Origin: Mytilus californianus | Lineage: Eukaryota | Direction: 5' to 3' | Length of the DNA stretch: 64,000 nt | Assembly (NCBI RefSeq): GCF_021869535.1 | Contig: NW_026262690.1 | Span: 28,520,001 to 28,584,000 of the forward strand | Shown: positions 62,616-64,000 of the stretch, in pieces | Position numbering within the stretch: position 1 is the first letter of the stretch | How the letters are laid out: the number at the start of each line of letters is the position of its first letter | Translations under genes and position numbers: made by a program | Notes under the pieces: generated by a model | Told to the model about the DNA's origin: nothing | Databases searched by the model: none | The model's input: only the letters and a program-made list of their open reading frames with translations

Positions 62616-63030
62616 CAAGAAGATATGGTGTGAGTGCCAATGAGACAACTCTCCATCCAAGTCAAATTTTTTAAAAAGTAAACCATTATAGGTCAAAGTA
62701 CGGTCTTCAACACGGAGCCTTGGCTCACACCGAACAGCAAGCTATAAAGGGCCCCAAAAATTACTGGTGTAAAACAATTAAAACGGGAAAACCAACGGTC
62801 TGATCTAAATAAAAAACGAGAAACGAGAAACACTTATGAACCACATCAACAAACGACAACTACTGAACATCAGGTTCCTGACTTATGACAGGTACAAACA
62901 ATTGCAGCGGGTTTAAACGTTTTAATGGTACCAAACCTTCACCCTATCTGAAACAATAGTGTAACATCACAACATAGAAAGACACACTATAAAATATCAG
63001 TTGAAATGGCTTAACTCAATCAAAAGACAT
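62616..63030 (-). repeat. Family A repeat copy
   Basis: AAGAAGATATGGTGTGAGTGCCAATGAGACAACTCTCCATCCAAG... Confidence 0.88.
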
Positions 63031-63316
63031 GTTAACACCAGTGAACAAACACTGAACAAATAAATTTGATCTATGATACAATGCATGCATATGTATGGTG
63101 GGTAACTGTATCAAGAGTTATTGAAACTTCATTTGCTAACATAGACACTGATACAGTCATTTGAAGAGCATATTTTCAAGGTTAAAAGTTTAACACATTT
63201 TTCATTTTAGATAAGAAAATTTTTATAATTCTTGTGCATTAAACCTATATCAAGTAAAAACATTTTTTTTTGTAATAAAAAAAATCATATGCATTATATC
63301 GAGGTATTGCATATAT

Positions 63317-64000
63317 TGAGTACTGCTATTGTTTAAAATTTTGTAACGGCATTGTATAGATTAAGTACTGCTATTGTTCTACATTTTGTAGAGACATTGT
63401 ATAGATTGCTCACTGCTATTGTTCTACATTTTGTAGAGACATTGTATAGATTGAGTACTGCTATTGTTCTACATTTTGTAGAGGCATTGTATAGATTGCT
63501 CACTGCTATTGTTCTACATTTTGTAGAGACATTGTATAGATTGAGTACTGCTATTGTTCTACATTTTGTAGATGCATTGTATAGATTAAGAACTGCTATT
63601 GTTCTACATTTTGTAGATGCATTGTATAGATTGAGTACTGCTATTGTTCTACATTTTGTAAATGCATTGTATAGATTGTGTACCGCTATTGTTCTATTGT
63701 TCTACATTTTGTAGAGGCATTGTATAGATTAAGTACTGCTATTGTTCTACATTTTGTAGATGCATTGTATAGATTGAGTACTGCTATTGTTCTACATTTT
63801 GTAAATGCATTGTATAGATTGTGTACCGCTATTGTTCTATTGTTCTACATTTTGTAGATGCATTGTATAGATTGAGTACTGCTATTATTCAACATTTTGT
63901 AGAGGCATTGTATAGTATAGATTGCTCACTGCTATTGTTCTACATTTTGTAGAGGCATTGTAAAGATTGGGTACTGCTATTGTTCTACATTTTGTAACAG
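63317..64000. repeat. 45-bp satellite array, same family and orientation as 1-4290 (truncated by the window end)
   Basis: Same consensus with local variants (GAGAC, GATGC) and 55-bp monomers carrying a CTATTGTT duplication. Confidence 0.97.

Overview
AT-rich animal genomic DNA, not prokaryotic. The repeat families, SINE types and LINE/Penelope content are typical of a bivalve mollusc, probably Mytilus-like (inference from recalled repeat families, not from a database search). The same 45-bp satellite bounds the window at both ends, in the same orientation (1-4290 and 63317-64000). Between the arrays lies about 59 kb of mostly decayed and nested mobile DNA. This includes a Penelope-like (RT + GIY-YIG) cluster at 4.8-11.8 kb with inverted and tandem rearrangements and five hammerhead-ribozyme motifs, several CR1/L2-group LINE remnants, tRNA-derived SINEs, MITEs, Helentron/HINE-like elements with 160-166-bp internal arrays, a Ginger-type transposon inside a Helitron, an intron-containing Harbinger transposase relic and a DIRS/Ngaro gag relic. 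Only one intact host gene is evident: a single-coding-exon, 357-aa type II membrane protein of the HtrL/YibB(WlaTC)-like family (20835-21908, minus strand). The best leads are the tandem hammerhead/Penelope array, the HtrL-like gene and the satellite-bounded architecture. Most coordinates of decayed elements are approximate.
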